DNA from: Podarcis tiliguerta
Lineage: Eukaryota
Assembly: GCA_965153285.1 (NCBI GenBank)
Contig: OZ229115.1
DNA: 64,000 nucleotides
Strand: one strand, 5' to 3'
Both the position numbers and the translations under genes were made by a program. The notes under the pieces are model-generated. The model was not told the DNA's origin and made no database searches. It worked only from the letters and a program-made list of their open reading frames with translations. Positions 37,076 through 52,250 of this stretch are shown one piece after another (within the stretch, counting starts at the first letter, position 1; each line of letters starts with the position of its first letter).

Positions 37076-40000
37076 ATTGTGCCTTAGCAAAGTGATGCAT
37101 ATATCACACCACTCTGTTTCCCCCCCCTCTCAGCTAGTTTGAACTCGAATTTGGCACATTTTGGCTGGGAACCAACTTCAAAAACAATCTAGCATAGTTG
37201 GGGCGCATGCATATATAGGAGCTTAGAGCAATTTTACTTTGATGCTGTCATCACTTTACCTTCTTGTTATTCCAGTCTAACATGGAAAACTCCACATTCC
37301 AAATTGTGTGACGTGGTCATATGTTCAAAAGATTATTAAATAATACTGGTTCATATCATTTTCAATAAGATGAAAAGGCGTTGCAAAGACCAAACTACAC
37401 AAGGCAGTGGGAGATCCACGATCAGACTTCCTCTGTGCTTCCCTCCACAAACACATTTATTGTATTTTCTAAACACAAATTATAAATAGAAAAAAAGGAG
37501 TTACAATAACAAACAGTATCCACATACTAGGAAAATTAAGAGATAGTATAGTTGCCATTTATCAACAACTTCTCCTGTGATTTGAGTTAAAATGCAGCCA
37601 TGGGGATGCCCCCATCACCATTGGATTGAGGCTGTAGTACTGGCAAGGTGCCCGCTCCCATGCTAGTATTTGCCTGGGGTGGGGCGAGGAACATGTGCCT
37701 TTGCTTCCAGAGGGAGAGCATGTTAGATAAGGAAAATGGCACAGGAGAGAAGGGTTTTTAAAAAGCCTGCACCATGTGGTCTTGATCTAATCTGGGGTTC
37801 CCAACCTCTTAGCACTTCTCACATACAAGGATCAGAGGTGAGTCAGGAAGCAAGCCCCAAACAAAAGGAAATTGCTTTTGATGGGCTTCCCTAATAATAA
37901 CATGAAGAAACTCCTGCTTATTCTTTTTATTTTTAAAAGAATGCTGTTTCTAAAAACCATCCAGAGTGGGAACTGATTAAAAAGCCCTTTACATGAATCA
38001 TGCCAACCTCTGCCTTCCCACACTATGAAAGAATCCATAGTTCAAGACTCTTCAATTCTAACTTGTATTCCCTTGGATGAGATTGTATTTTTAATTTGTT
38101 TGCATTCTCAAAATGAACAAATGCTACGTAAAAATAGCGGACAAATGGGTTTCGTTTTCATTCTCAAGGACCTTGCAATGCTATTTCTCTGGCAAAGCTC
38201 TTTGATGTGTTTCTCTTGGATGAAGAACTCTCATAAGTATTACTTCCAGTTGAATATATTTTGAAAATCTGCTGAATGTCATTCAGTGTGAAAGTAGGAT
38301 TAGTTGCATCGCAAGTAAGTGTACAGTTTTTTCCTATTGCTTGATGCTTAAAAGGTAAGACATACCTCTTTCTGCAATTTCAGGCTCTAAATCCATTGGG
38401 CACTTGACTGGCGCTTAGTCGTAAGCACTGTCCATTAGAAATAATACTATCATTTTCAGGCTAGGCATAGACTATCTCTACACTTTTTCTATATTTGGAA
38501 ACTTTGGGTTGTATCCAGTGTAGTTCCAAATAACTTGTTTCCATTAGTTTTACGCTTCTGTAATGGACATTGTGTGTCCACCAGCATTTGCTGTGGTCAG
38601 TATGTAAAATGTAGAAGGGAGACATGCACCTCCAAACATGCAGTGGGCATACACTAGGTTGTTGGAGAAAGGGAACAATGATTGCACTGAAGGCTGGACA
38701 GAGACCCACTAAATGCACCAAGCAGCAATATTAATTTTTCAATATTTGCTCTAAAAGCAGAAGACTACTAAGCACTTTTGGAGTTCTTCTTATTGATTAC
38801 ATCTACAATCTAATGCATTATATACCTGGAGGTAACTCCTATTTAAATTCAATGAGGCTTACTCCCATGTAACTGTGGGTAGCGTTGTCGCCAAAAGTTA
38901 ACTTTCATGAGAACTTTAGTTGGTAAGGAAACTGCATGAAGGCATCCAAGATCAAATTGCAGTGTTTTCCTTTCTCTTCTCGCTGTGCGTCTTAAATCTG
39001 TAAACCTGGTTTCCTAGTATTCAGTTGTGTTATCCTCAGTAGTGTAATGGGACATGGAAACTTGACACGTAATTCTAAGTATGGGGTGCTTCATTGGACA
39101 CCAATGCAAAAAATTCAGATGCTGCTGTTGATGAACTGAGGGTATTTTATGCAAATAAAGGTTTTTGAACAAATACTGAGTAACTTGGTTTAAAGACCCA
39201 TTATGGAAATAATTGTTAAGATAATTTTAAAGGTATTAACCCTGTATCTCATATGTATGACAGAAAATAAAAGGAATTCTAGGGTTTTTGATTTAACCAA
39301 GTAATACTATGGGTGAGTAAATACACTGAATCAGTCCTGTCTGGTGTTTGTCTATGAACTGTGTCCAGTACTCTATGCTGTTGCCCTTTTGTGCTCAGAA
39401 AGCATATATGTTACCACCTCTATGAAGGAGGCTCTAGTCAAAGTCCTGTTGTCTATCTTTCATCCTGCATCCGCATGCATTAGAGGATCAGTCTGGAATG
39501 GAATGAAAAAAAAGTTGTTTTCAACACTGTTGTCCTTCATTGGATATCAAACATTTCACAGTTAAGTTGCACTGAAAATTGTAAATATCATATATGATGC
39601 AAGCTAGCAAATCTTGATGCCAAATAATCCTAGGAGCGCTTTGTCTTCCGAGTCTCCTCATGGTGATGCTCCCATATTTTGAAAACATTTTGATCATCAG
39701 TGCTTATAGCTCCAGGCAAACATGTTGCTATTTTGGTTTTTTGTTTGGATGAATAATGCGTTGTTACAGGCAAATTCTATCACACACTTTCCACACTCTG
39801 GAGTGTTTAATAGATGTTGGTGGCAACATTGTTCCATTTTGCTTTGTAGGATGAAATAAGATGCATGTCCAAGCTTTAAAACCATTTTGAGGTCAGATGG
39901 AGTCCTTTTTTTTAACTTGCTGTATTCATATTCTGTAGCTCTAACTGAAATCCTTGTCTCAGCTTGTAGCTGAGTATGAGAAATCTTCCCAGACAGGACT

Positions 40001-43000
40001 ACGTAGCAGTTTCAGGAGGCAGCTGTCTAATGAGAATGCAAGGAACCTGTTCCCTGAGCAACTAAGCATGTGGGCTGCTGCTAAGCAACAGCCATCTGGA
40101 ACCCAGTTTGTATTTCTTGGAATGTACCAACCATTTGGTTGGCCAAGAGATAGCATATAGTTGTAGCTGGGAACAAAGACACTTCAAGGGATTTCAGCAG
40201 TTTTATGTCATTCTGAAACCCCCAAGAATTGGAAAGCCCAAGTGAAATGGTGCTCATTCCACCAGCCCTAAAATGACATTTTTCCTCTTGTCTTTTGAAT
40301 TCCAAATATCCTGTGTTTCCAAAAGTATGCTTGGCAGTATTTTGTCTTTCAATCGCTTTTCACAAGCTGCTTAGTGACTTTATCATGTTACATTCCTCTG
40401 TGTTTAATTCTTTAGGTGACTACAGGGAAGAGTCTAGAAAACTGTTCAAAGTGCATGTCTGTAATGTGCAGTTACATGCCCATTAAAACAAATTTGATGT
40501 ATGTTTTTCCTAATGCATCTTTCAAACTCTCCTGGAGATACAGGTTTTAGTTGACAAGATGTATCTCTCTACTTCACCCATCTCCTGTTCACTTCCTTAT
40601 ATTTATTAAGTACACATATACTGAAAAGTAGTATTTTGGAAAAAGGAATGATCCAGTCAGTAACTGTTTAGATTTGTATACAGTATTTAAGGGTGTCTCC
40701 ATAAAAAGTATCTCTCATTTGCATTTAATAAGCGCCATTCTTAACCATTGTGAAAACTGACAATATTTTAGTGCCTCTAACCACCCCCACCCCCATTATA
40801 TCCATAAACAGAGGGAGAGATTCCTGTATGGAAGCAATTGGTATCTCCCAGAAGCTTTTTGTACTGAATGTTTAAAAGTCAAGTTATTTGGGATGTTGGT
40901 TCTCTGCAAGCATAGCTTGCATATAACATTCTTGTCTAAACTATTAATAGAATCTTCAAGTGATCTATGAATTGTGCCAGAAACGGAATGTTTGGGCTCT
41001 GACTACTGTGCCATGGTATGACCAGGCTCAGAGTTTGATTCCTGCACAACATTTTGTATCTTAATCTGTTAGCATTCAGATCAGTCTTTGCCAACCTGGT
41101 GCCCTCCATGTGTTTTGCACTACAACTCTTATCAGCCCAGCTGTGCTGTAAGAGTTGTAGTTCAAAGCATATGGCAGGCACCAGGTTAGCGAAACCACAT
41201 TTAGATAGTGTTGTGTCACACAGAACATAAGGTGGCACTTAAATGGGTGGAGGGGAAGGTATGATGAGCACATAGTAGGTAATGTCTGTCTGCTTTCTCC
41301 TTATCTATTGCCTTGGAGGAACAGCTCTTGGCATAAGAGCCACGGCTTGCAAACCATTGTGATATGCTGTTGCCTGGCTGAAAAAGCATTTGGCAACAAA
41401 TCTTTAAAATGGTTGATATGATATTAAGTAAAGCCATTTGGAAATGAACCACTCTGCTCCTATGTATAGCTAAGTGTGATAACTTGTTTCAAAAGAAACA
41501 TTCATGTACTTTTCTTTGTGGAAGGTGCTGGATGAAGTACAATTCCTATTTCTGATTTTGGGGTGGTGGTGTCTACATTTATTTCTGTAGCTAGGTGACT
41601 GCAAGATAATTTCAGTGGGGTGGGAAGAGGAAGGGAAGTCACGGGCAAGAAGCAAATAGCCATCTCCTTTCTTCTTCTTCTTTTTAGAAAGAAAATAAAG
41701 GATACATCACAGCTGTTGGTCACTGTAGTCTCATTATTATGTTGCTGATGGTCTCCTTGGAGATAGCAATGTAGCTGTTTATAGGGCTGAGGTTTTCTGT
41801 TGCTTTCTTGCTAGTTTCTCATCCCGAGTGACACTGGTAAGTTCCAAGTTTAGGTGAGCCTACATTTTCAATCGCTACAGCTTTGTGGTGCTATGTTCAG
41901 AGTTTCTTAACGATCCATGTATCAAGCTGAGTCTTGAGGCAGACCTATCCTATACATTGCCTCTTTTCGTTTTGCTTTGTGTTGTGTGCCTGTATGTTCA
42001 GGTTAAGAAAAAATCTTCTTTTGTGTTTTATTTTGGAGTACAAGAGCAAGGTTTGATAGCTTTGTGTGGAAATGCACAGACATTTAGATAGATGTCTTGA
42101 TAGTTTATAGTACCAAAAGGAAAGCTACAGTGGTGGAGGATAAATAAATCACCAGACTAGCATTCTGAAAGCTGTTGAGCTCCCTTTGGGTCCCTTGCAA
42201 TACTACAATTCTGTGATTCTATGAATATTGAAAATAAACCTGTTTTGTCTGAGTTTTCTTAACTAAATGAGAAAAGAGGGAGCTACTCTCAAAAATTTTA
42301 ACATTTACACGTGAAGAAACAGGTCGTGTTGGCTTTCAAAATGGTTTGCAGCAAGTTCTTTGTTCATTCTGAAGTTAACTGCAATGCTTTGTTCTTTTTT
42401 GCTATGTATATGTCTCTGTAAACAAGATTTGTGAATAACTGTAGGCACTAGTTTAGCCTTTCTGACTTAATGTTTGAGAATGTTTGAGGCAGTGGTATTG
42501 CTTGATTCACTCTGGATTTAAAAGCTCCTTTTATGTTGAAGGTTAAATGGCGGTGGTGGCAAAACTTCTTAGAAGCTACTTGCTCTTTATGAAAGTCTAA
42601 AAAATTAGTAACTCAAGGAACAGACTCCAAATTCATAATGGCAGGATGAAAGCCCATTACCAGAAAAGGAAGGGGGGAGGATCTGACTCGACCATTGGAA
42701 TGAAAAAAGTAGACACATAATAGTCTCAGGAATGTCACATTGAGGAAATGACCTTTCAGTCTAATTTCCTACTTAGCTGGATCCCCTAAATTGACTGAGG
42801 CAGTAGAAACATTTGTTAGCATTTGCTTACTGCCAGCCTTTTGCTGTTTAGTGTTATATCTTCAAAAACAGCTGTAGCTCAGGCTTGTGCAGTGTGCAAA
42901 TGGAGTTTGTTGCTTTGATTGGGGGTGCACTAAACATGTTTGAGCATCTTCCATAGGCACATATGTAAAGCATTTCTAATTACTTGGCTGAACGTCAGTA

Positions 43001-44799
43001 AGATTCTCCTGTCTGAAACTTGGAAGCAGAGAGTCTTAATGTTTTGAATCTAGGGAAACGTTTTGTACTCGTCACATGTAAAGGAGAAATTGGGCTGTAA
43101 AAAGATTTGGCTTGTTGCCATTTGGGATATAGTCATAGTCTTAGGTATGCTTGGGAAAGGCTTTTATCTGATGCTTGTCTTTTGTTAGTTGAAACTTGGA
43201 TTGTACATTAAACCTTGTTATTTAAAAAATATATGAAAACTTTTCCTGGGGCACAAATAAAACACTCAAAAAAATACCTCTCTTTCATGTTCTGTTGTCC
43301 AGTGTAGAATGCTTAGAATAATGCTGGGTAGTGGAAAAATGTGTCTCTGCAGTCAGAATCTGACATTCATATTTCCTACCCAGATATGTGTTGCTTTAAA
43401 CTGCACCTTTCTAATATGTCTGGCTCACATAGTACCGTAATTTTTTGCCGGAGATTGCTCAACTTACAAAGCTTTCAGTATCTTTGTGTCATTGGGAATG
43501 GAGTAGGGGGCATTTACTGCAAAACAATGCTGGTCTATGACTGTTTCAAAACATTCTATAGTATTAGAAGGTTTCTTTCTGCATGTCTGAAGCAAGGATA
43601 ATTATTATTTATTGTATTAGTTGCTTTATACAAAAAGATGCCTTAAAGCAAATCAGCAACTACATAAAATGAAAAAAGCTAAAATCAGAAATAAATAACC
43701 AAGAGAATAATAAAGTTCCTAAAAGTGCTCATCCAACAATACTTTAAAAATAACAAATTCTGCCCCTCCCCACCAAAACATGAGCATCACAATAAAGATC
43801 AAAATCGTAGCAAAAGGAAATTTCATCATAACTCCCAATGAAAACTGTTAATGCTGATTTCTTAAAGAATGCAAAAGTCAGTATTTTTTTTCTTGCAGAG
43901 GAAGAAGTTCCCTTGCTGATCTCTCTATAAATTGTAATATCTATCAACTGAGAGTATATGGAATGCAGGGATCTAAAACTTCTCTACTTTCTCCCCAATT
44001 ATAGGGAAGCAATGGCTAATTAAATTTAATGTGGTTTCCTAGAAACTGACTCGTGCTTTCCTGCTGTTGACTGGACCCATCTGTCTGTAGTTTTCCTTTC
44101 TGGAGATTAGGGAAAGGAAGCTCTGGCCTTGATACAAAATTCTTCACCCTTGATAGTTTTTCATGAGCAAAAGCCACATCGGATACAATTACACTCCTTG
44201 GTTCTGAACAGGGCATATAATGGGTGATCACTCAAACTGTGGCAAGCAAGGGAAACTTTGCATTTAATTTAACAAAGGCAATGCTGAGTCAGCTCCTTTG
44301 GTATTTGCAACATCCGCTCCTGCTGTTTCATGTGAAATGCTAACTTAAACTCTTAAACTAGGATTCCAAGTGAGAACCACAGTCTTCAGAACAGCTTGCA
44401 GATTGTAAACCTGCTCTAAATTAATAGGGTGGTTGCAAAAGGGCTTCCAATATTAGAAAAATAAAATTTTGTGTTTGTTCTTTGAATAACTGTGTTCCAG
44501 GTGATGGCTTGGTAGCTTGGATGTCGAAATAGTTTCTTATTAATTGTGACACTCCTTCCCAAGGAGAAAATTGTCCTAGCATAGTCATTCTTTGGGTTCC
44601 TTATTGAGCAGAGTTTAAACACTTAGTCCAGAACGAAGAAGCAAGCCCCTGAAGGTTAATGGCATATAATTTAAGAATTTTATCTGCTCTCTTCTGCCAA
44701 AATTGTTCACTTGCTATCTTAATATGCTGGTGGCATGATTTTTCAGCTGTGGTCTATAATGTTTCCACTCTATGCAATGTTTGTTCAGAGTGTTGATTC

Positions 44800-46148
44800 A
44801 GAGAGCATTTATTCCTATGATTATATAACATTACCCAATAACACTTTTTTCTTTCCTTAGCTCACAATTCAAATGATAAAATACTGTAAACACAAAGTAT
44901 TAAAATCAACAGTCTGCAGCATAAACATTTTCCAATAGAGAGGATAATAGAAACAGTTAACCACTGTGTATGTGCTGTACATTTTTAGTTAAACACTTTA
45001 AAATTGGATTTTAAACCCTGGGAGAAAAGTCTTCACCTGCATGCACTTAAAGAAGATGCCAGATGAGCTTCTGTGGGAAGGGTGTTATAGAACAGGAATC
45101 TTAGCACAAAAAGGCCCACTGCTTGACAGCCACCTGGAGCAGATCTTGAGGTTTCAGTTGCCCAACACTTTAAACTGCGTCTGGACAGACTTGGCAATTG
45201 GGGCTGCTAATGAAGCACTAGCATAATATGGTCTAATTGTCCAGTTAACAATCATACAGGCCTATTTTGGATCAAGTGCAGTTTCCAAATTATTTTCAAA
45301 AGCAGCCCCTTGTATACAACAGAAGCAGCCATTTGTACAACTCACTGCAATATAGATGGGTTGTCAGTGCATGGTTAATTGTAACTACATTATCTCAATT
45401 TACATATGGTAATAGCTGATAAAAGATATTCCAGGCAACAGAGGCCACTCAGGACTCTAATGGCAATGCTGGATGAATGAGCACATATAAACTGTGTATC
45501 TGATATTCTTTAGCGCGCAGTACAGCCCCCTTCAGAATAGGTCTAAAAGCCATTCACCCAGGTGATGAATCACCCACCAACATTATCTCAATTGTGTCTG
45601 GATTGAGTTTCAGTTCATTTGCCTTCATACAGTCCATTACCATGCCCAGGCACTGGTTTAGGACACCAGGAGCTGCACCTGAATTTGAGAAAGCTGAGTG
45701 TCATTTGCATATCTCTGGATAACCTCTCTCAGCAGTTTTATGTAGGTGTTGAACAGCAAGGAGTAGAGAACAGAACCCTGCAGGACACCAAAGTAAACCT
45801 GCCAAGGGGTCAATAAACGCTCCTCTAGCACTACCCTCTGGCATCAATTATCCAAATAGGAATGGGACCTGCCACTAAGTGGTGCTTCCAACGCTCAACT
45901 TAGATAGCCTTCCCAGAAAGGTACTGTGGCCAATGCATCAAAAGCCACTTGGAGTCCAAGGAAATCAACAGTGTTTCATTCCTGCTTTCTCCTTCCTAGA
46001 GTGATCAAGGCAGTTTCTATCCCAAAATCAAACCTGAAGCCTTAACTGAGATGGTTGAAGAAAATCAGTTTCGTCCAAAAGTGACAAGCTTGTTAGTGAC
46101 AACTTTCCTGGGCACCTTACCTAGGAAGGGGATGCTAGCCACTGACCT
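44800..46148 (-). mobile_element. old degenerate L2-like LINE fragment
   Basis: AAAGCTGAGTGTCATTTGCATA (decayed YADDTQL antisense), GTTGAACAGCAAGGAGTAGAGAACAGAACCCTGCAGGACACC (GVxQGSVL..LLFN antisense), ATCAAAAGC (AFD). Confidence 0.72.
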
Positions 46149-46149
46149 A

Positions 46150-46247
46150 GGAGCCAATGTGGTGTAGTGGTTAGAGTGTTGGGAAACCAGGGCTCAAATC
46201 CTCACTCAAGTTTACGAAGCACATTGGGTGACCTTGAGCCACTCACA
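46150..46247 (+). mobile_element. Squam3/MIR-like SINE head
   Basis: GGAGCCAATGTGGTGTAGTGGTTAGAGTGTTGG..GGCTCAAATCC..TGGGTGACCTTGAGCCA. Confidence 0.65.
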
Positions 46248-47364
46248 GCTTTCAAATTTGACTAGGTGATCAGCATACTTCGGGCGGGGGGGGGGGAGTT
46301 GTGGTGTCATTACTCTGCATAGCTCTTAACTTCTACTAGTTAGGACCAAAAAAATTTTTTTTAATATTTATTTCAAATTTCTATATTGGCCTTCCATCAG
46401 AAAAGACTTCTTTTCCCAGGTCAGTGTGCATAAAAGGAAAATACAGGAACAATTAAAATGCTGGTAAAGCAAATTGGGACAATCTTTGTTGGCGTACGTC
46501 TTACCTGGGAGACTATGGAAGAGTGCACCTTTGCGGGTAAACTCAAACATTTGAAGAGTTTCAGCACCTGCTGTGGTTGTAGAGACAGATATAGAAGAGA
46601 CATATTTTACTGCAGTTGGAGCAGATAAAGGCTTCTGGTTTTGCTGCTACAGGTTCCAACACCACCACACACCTGTATTCACATGGGGTTTTTTTTGGGG
46701 GGGGGAGTGTCAATACAAAATGTACACTGTCCTGATTGAAATGGTCTTTGGCTGGTGGGTCATAGCCTGATCCAAGGTGGGTCACAACAGTGGTACTAAC
46801 TACCATGCAAATATATGGTAAAATATAAAGAAATAGGTTCCCAAATGTATGTTTGGGTTAAAAGTGGGCCATGAGTCGTAAATGGTCGAAGATACCTGCT
46901 GTAGAGGACATTGAAATCAGCTGAGTAGAGTTCATCGAGCGAATTATGATATCCTGTAAGTAACTGCTCAAAACATCAGCTCCCTCCAGCAGCTTTTCTT
47001 TTCCTTTCCGGGCATCCAAGTGAAGCTTCTTTCATCCTGTGTTTAGAGTGACTCATGGTTGGGACAGAGCCAGCTCACTGCTATTATGCATTAAAAGATC
47101 ACATTGGTGTGTGTTAGCACTGATGGAGGAAGAGCTAGATCAGCAGTGGGGAACAGGATTTGGCCAGTGAGCCAGAAGAGCTCCCCCACCCCTGTGGCTA
47201 TTTTGACAAGTGGGTGGCACCATCCACCTGTCAGTCGCATGACATCACCATGATATCAGGTTACCCAACTTAAAATGAAAGAATCAAGAGCACACTCTTA
47301 AGCGAGTTCCCAGTTCTTTCCTTTCTTCTTTTCCAGCCCATTTTACTGTAGGTGGACAGTATTT

Positions 47365-47603
47365 TACTTAATTACATTTTTATGCTGCCTTTACTCTAAA
47401 GAGCTCAAGGTATAGTATGCAGCCTTTTCTTCTTCTCCCCACCTCCTACTCTATGTTGTTTTCCCAGCCTGACCAACCTCCAAGGAATGTTATGGAGAAC
47501 AGCTGGTCCAAAAGGCACCCAGTGAACTTCATGGTTGAGAGAGGATTTGAATCTGGGTCTCCTCACTCCTAGTCCCACTTGTTAAATACTACGCCACACT
47601 GGT
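47365..47603 (-). mobile_element. Squam3/MIR-like SINE
   Basis: CACCCAGTGAACTTCATGGTTGAGAGAGGATTTGAATCTGGGTCTCC...CTACGCCACACTGG is the antisense of the same head; L2-type tail remnant near 47370-47410. Confidence 0.62.
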
Positions 47604-50600
47604 TTTCTTTACATGCATCCCTCTTCCTACAGAAATTACACTTGCACCGCCCACCATCTACTCCAAGGTATAACCTCCATCTCCAAATAATACTGATATG
47701 GCATTTATTCCAAAGTGATGAAAATAGGTGTGTTGATAATAGAAACAAATATTTACTATGAATATTCCTTAGCTTGCGGCCAACTTCTTTGGGAATAATT
47801 CATAAATGCTGGCTTGTTTCGCTTTTCTTAAACAATGACAAATAGATATTCCAGAAAAAGAAATCAAGGTAGCTGAAATAAGAGTTAGCTGTTAAGAAAC
47901 CTGATATATAGGCCCTAGCAACGGGAGAGGCAGAATGTAGGTCAGTTCCTTTTGTAAGCTGATGAAATTATTGTGGGAGCTCCCAGAGGAAAATAAAATA
48001 TGTTGCCTGTAAAGCTAGAAGAGGAGAAACTTTTATAAGTATTAGAATTTATTGATCTTCTGTTCCAAAAATGAGGAGATGTTGCTAATTGCCTTAAGGT
48101 GAAACGTAGCCATTAGCCAACATTAGTTAGTGTAGCAAAATGGAAAAAAATAGATTTAAAGAAACTGACTTGTATTCTTAGTAGCAGCTTCTGCTTGGGA
48201 TTGTTGAATCTTCTCATCCATTTGGAATTTATGAGATGGTAGGCTGCAGTGGGGGAAGTATAAGGTTATATAGCAGAATGGATCCAAAGCTGCCCTTTCA
48301 TTCACAGGACTCCTTCCATGACTGGTATTTGATCCAGTGGAGGATCAACTAATGGAAGGTGCTAGGTGCTATTTCTCACTGATTTTATCAACACCACCCC
48401 TTGAACACACACCCATCTGCTTTGAAAGGTTGGTGGACCCTCCAGCACAGCTTAAGAGGTGAATGGTGGGGCTGTAATGGAGGGGGTGAATTGTCAGTAT
48501 AATGCCTCCTTTCCATTTGCATTACAGACACCAGTGGTGCCTTTTACATCCAACCCAGTATTTCATCTATATGTTCCCAGTTTCTTTGCTTCTCACAGAA
48601 TCTTGTTAGCTATGCTCTGTGCTGTCATCACAATTTCTAGAGCTACTGTCATCACTAATTGGGAATAGAGGTGTCTCGGGCTACATACTGATTACTATTC
48701 CTCCTTTGATGTTGTAGCAACAGAAGCAAACAATTTTTGCAGCTTTGCCCTGTACAAAGGCAAACGTCACCAGTTCTGCATCTCATTTATGTGCTTTGGG
48801 GAACAGTTTTTTTTTTTAAGGTGCTGCATATTGCAGATAATTAATGAATTTAAAATATATTTAAAGACTTTTCAGCCAGTATTCTCAGTAGAGGCTCAGA
48901 CATTCAAAGGCTGAACAAGCAGAGATCTTTTCATCACTGAAAAAATATGGATTATTCTAAAATGGAATTGATTATCTTAGTCCCCTGTCTAAATTTAGAA
49001 AGCTGCAATCATTCCTGTGTTTCATAGTGAGCAATAAAATTCTATTTTGAGAGAGTAGCTATTGCCATAGAAACATTTATTTAAATCTAAACCCAATTTT
49101 GTGTGTGCCTTCCAAAATAGTTTTTAGAAATCATTTTTGATTAATGAATTGTTGTTCTCTAGTACAGATGTACCATACTTGCATTGGGTGTTTCATGGGC
49201 AAGGCTCAAATGAATGTTTCTGCCTCTCTTCTGCCATGGTGCATGGAAGAACATGGAAAGAGAAACTCAGTGTACATTCAATATAACACTAGCTTGTTTA
49301 GACCACACAACAAACCAGCGCACCTTTTAAGCACTTGCCACCTTGTATCCATCTCTGTGGGTGGTTGCTACAAGGAACACACTGTATTATAAAGAGGACC
49401 TTTGCATTTTAATGTTCTATTAAGTCTCTCAGCCTCTGTACCAGTTGCCTAACAATCCACTTCACAGAAAGATGAATGGAATCAAGAATGCTTAGGGTGC
49501 ACCCTGTTTGTTTGACTTGCAGGCAGAGCCAAATCTTTGAATAATCTGCATCTGATTAAAGGGGTACCAAGCCATTGCAGCAAAAAATAGTAAAGTGCCT
49601 GCAAGGTGGCATGGGGTTAAAAGGTACATGGGTTTGTTCCAAGCTCAAGCAAGCATTTGGATTCCCTGAAATCAGTCCCATCAGAATGAAGGCTATCATT
49701 TTCCTTGAATATGAGCAAATTATCCATGTGAAATGTGACATTCTTAATAGTCTCTCATTACTTGCACATTATGTTATCTTAACTTGTAAAAGCAGGTTTA
49801 GCAAAGGGCAGCTCATCACTGGAAATCAAATACCTTATACCAGATTTGTCACTGGTTTGCACACCTGTCAGAAGCAAATCTTGATGGAATTTATTGTCAA
49901 GTAGCTGTGTTTAGGATCACAGCCTTAGTGAAACACTGTACAACTCTACAGACGAGGGCATTAAGAGGCAAACATTGCAAAATGGCTTAATATTACCTGT
50001 ATGAGTACTGAGGGGATTGCCATTATGGTAGTAATTTGCTTGAAATCCATTGTGCAGCATACTTTGCAGTGTTTTTGCTGTGTCTAATGGAGAGCAGACA
50101 TACCAGTAATTCTTAGGGTGGAACAGATGAAACACTGTATAAAAGACACCTAAGCCCTTCAAATGGAAAAGTCTAAATTTCGTATTTTTGCAAATACAAA
50201 TAGGTCAGTGGGTTTCACATTGTTAAATCTGAATATGCCCAAGGGCTACTTTTAACTTGTTAAATAGACTTTTGCCAATTCAATCATGTGTGGACCATTT
50301 TGTAGAATTAAGTTGGAAGTCCAGCCCTAAAACTCACAACATCCTTCTTGAATATGTCAGATTTTGATATGAACCCAATACAAAAAGTTATTTTGCAGCC
50401 AATGTGTTCCCTGAGAAATTATTCTGGAATGTCATACATCCTGAATTTTACATTTTCGCCTTTTGAAGTACCATATAACCCAAATGTATTAGAGTTTATT
50501 TTGTAGCTGTGTTTGTTCTTGTATCTACGATCGTCTTTAAACTAGAAAGTTTGTTTCCTTTCGGTGTAGCTTTTTGGGGAGAAGTGAGTGGGTCCTCTGT

Positions 50601-52054
50601 AAAATAGTGTAAAATAGTACATGGCTTTGTAAACTATGCACATGTGGAGACAGAATGTCTTGAAATTCTTGTGTCTCAAGTGTAATGCAAGGTACAGAGT
50701 TCATTATCAAACTGCAATACCCTTTAGGATTTTGAGGGATTTTACAAAGTCAACTGCATGTGATCAAACTGCTGTTAGGAGATATCAGTAAATTAGCTTT
50801 TGCAAGATGTCCATGTTATCATTCCACATACTACACAGGAGAAATGAGTAGCTTGTGCTTTCTTGGTTTGCATTTTGTGTGTGGTGGTGACTGCTTAAGA
50901 TTAAAGCATTAATCTATCCCTATGATTATTTGGATTGCTCTTTTTGAATTCCTCTTTCCCCCATTTGCAACATGTATCTGTCCCTCCTTTATAAAGGATG
51001 AGAGTCTAGACACTACCTAGTGAACTCAACTGGTATCATAATTAATCCAGTAATGCTGGAATAGTCAACCATATATTGATTTTGTCCTACTTCCACCATG
51101 GGACTAGACTGGTTTAAATCGCAGGTATTCTGCTTTTTAATATATTGGTGATCCACCATTACAAACTCAAAGGGTTTGTGATACTGGGTAGAACAGAATA
51201 ATGCAAGTCAGCAATTGTTTTGAAACAATTATGGTTCCTTATTTGTTCATTCATTGCACTAAGCATCACACATAACTGTGTCTGTCTTCCTGGATTGTGA
51301 GTGACTGAGTTCTTGCCCAAGTAAACAAATGTTCCTCAATAAGCTGACTGATGCTCTTGGCTCCAGATAAAAAGCCCATTTCTTTCTCTGCAGCATTGTT
51401 CTTGCCATGCTTTGCAACAAACAAGTCTTTTAGATTTAAAGTCAAGTTCTACTGCCAGTTTGTTCTCTGCTACAGTAAAACACTTCAAAAAATAAGAACT
51501 GTGCAAATATAACTTTGGTTATGGTTGTTGTTGTTGTTTAAAAAAGGTGTGTGGTACATACATACTAGTTCTGCATTCTTGTGCTGACTTGTTTAATATG
51601 AAGTCGCTGCTATTTAAAGATTAAACCATTTTTTTAACATCTTCACACACAAATTCAAATAATCTTGGCCAGCTGCCAGCAATCTTTTGAATGTTGGCCA
51701 AGACTGGAGGCAACCAAGAATGCCTAGAAATAATTAATCGAAATAGATGGTACCAACTTCTGAAATGCTATTTTCTGAAAATAGCTGTTGCCAGAAAAAT
51801 GACAGATAGTTAAGCAGCATATATATCAAAAGTAAGCAACCTGTTTATATAGGTTTAAAAGAAATTTCATTTGACTGGAATAAGTCTAGTGTTGTGCTTA
51901 TCTAAACTTAAGAGAAAGTAAGAATTCAGAATTACTAATTCTTCATGTCTGTTGCTTCTGACATTATGGCCCCAAGTGCTTATAAAGGAAATCTGTGAGT
52001 TTTAATGTAATGTAATGTTTCACCCAGTTCTTGCCAGCTAAAAGTACACTTCAT

Positions 52055-52250
52055 ATTGCAGAATAGATCACCTGCTTTGCATGCAAAATATCCCAGGTTT
52101 GATGCTGCAGCTCCAGCTCCTGGATATTGGGTAGGAAGACTCCACATGACCTTTACCTAAGAAGTTGGAACGCCGCTGCCCAAAAGAAAGCTAGATGGAC
52201 TATTACTGCATGCAGTAGACCAAAGGTTTACTCAGTAACTGACTTCTTGT
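52055..52250 (+). mobile_element. tRNA-Ala-headed SINE (decayed)
   Basis: CACCTGCTTTGCATGCAAAATATCCCAGGTTTGAT...AGCTAGATGGAC; same family as 8848-9043. Confidence 0.55.
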
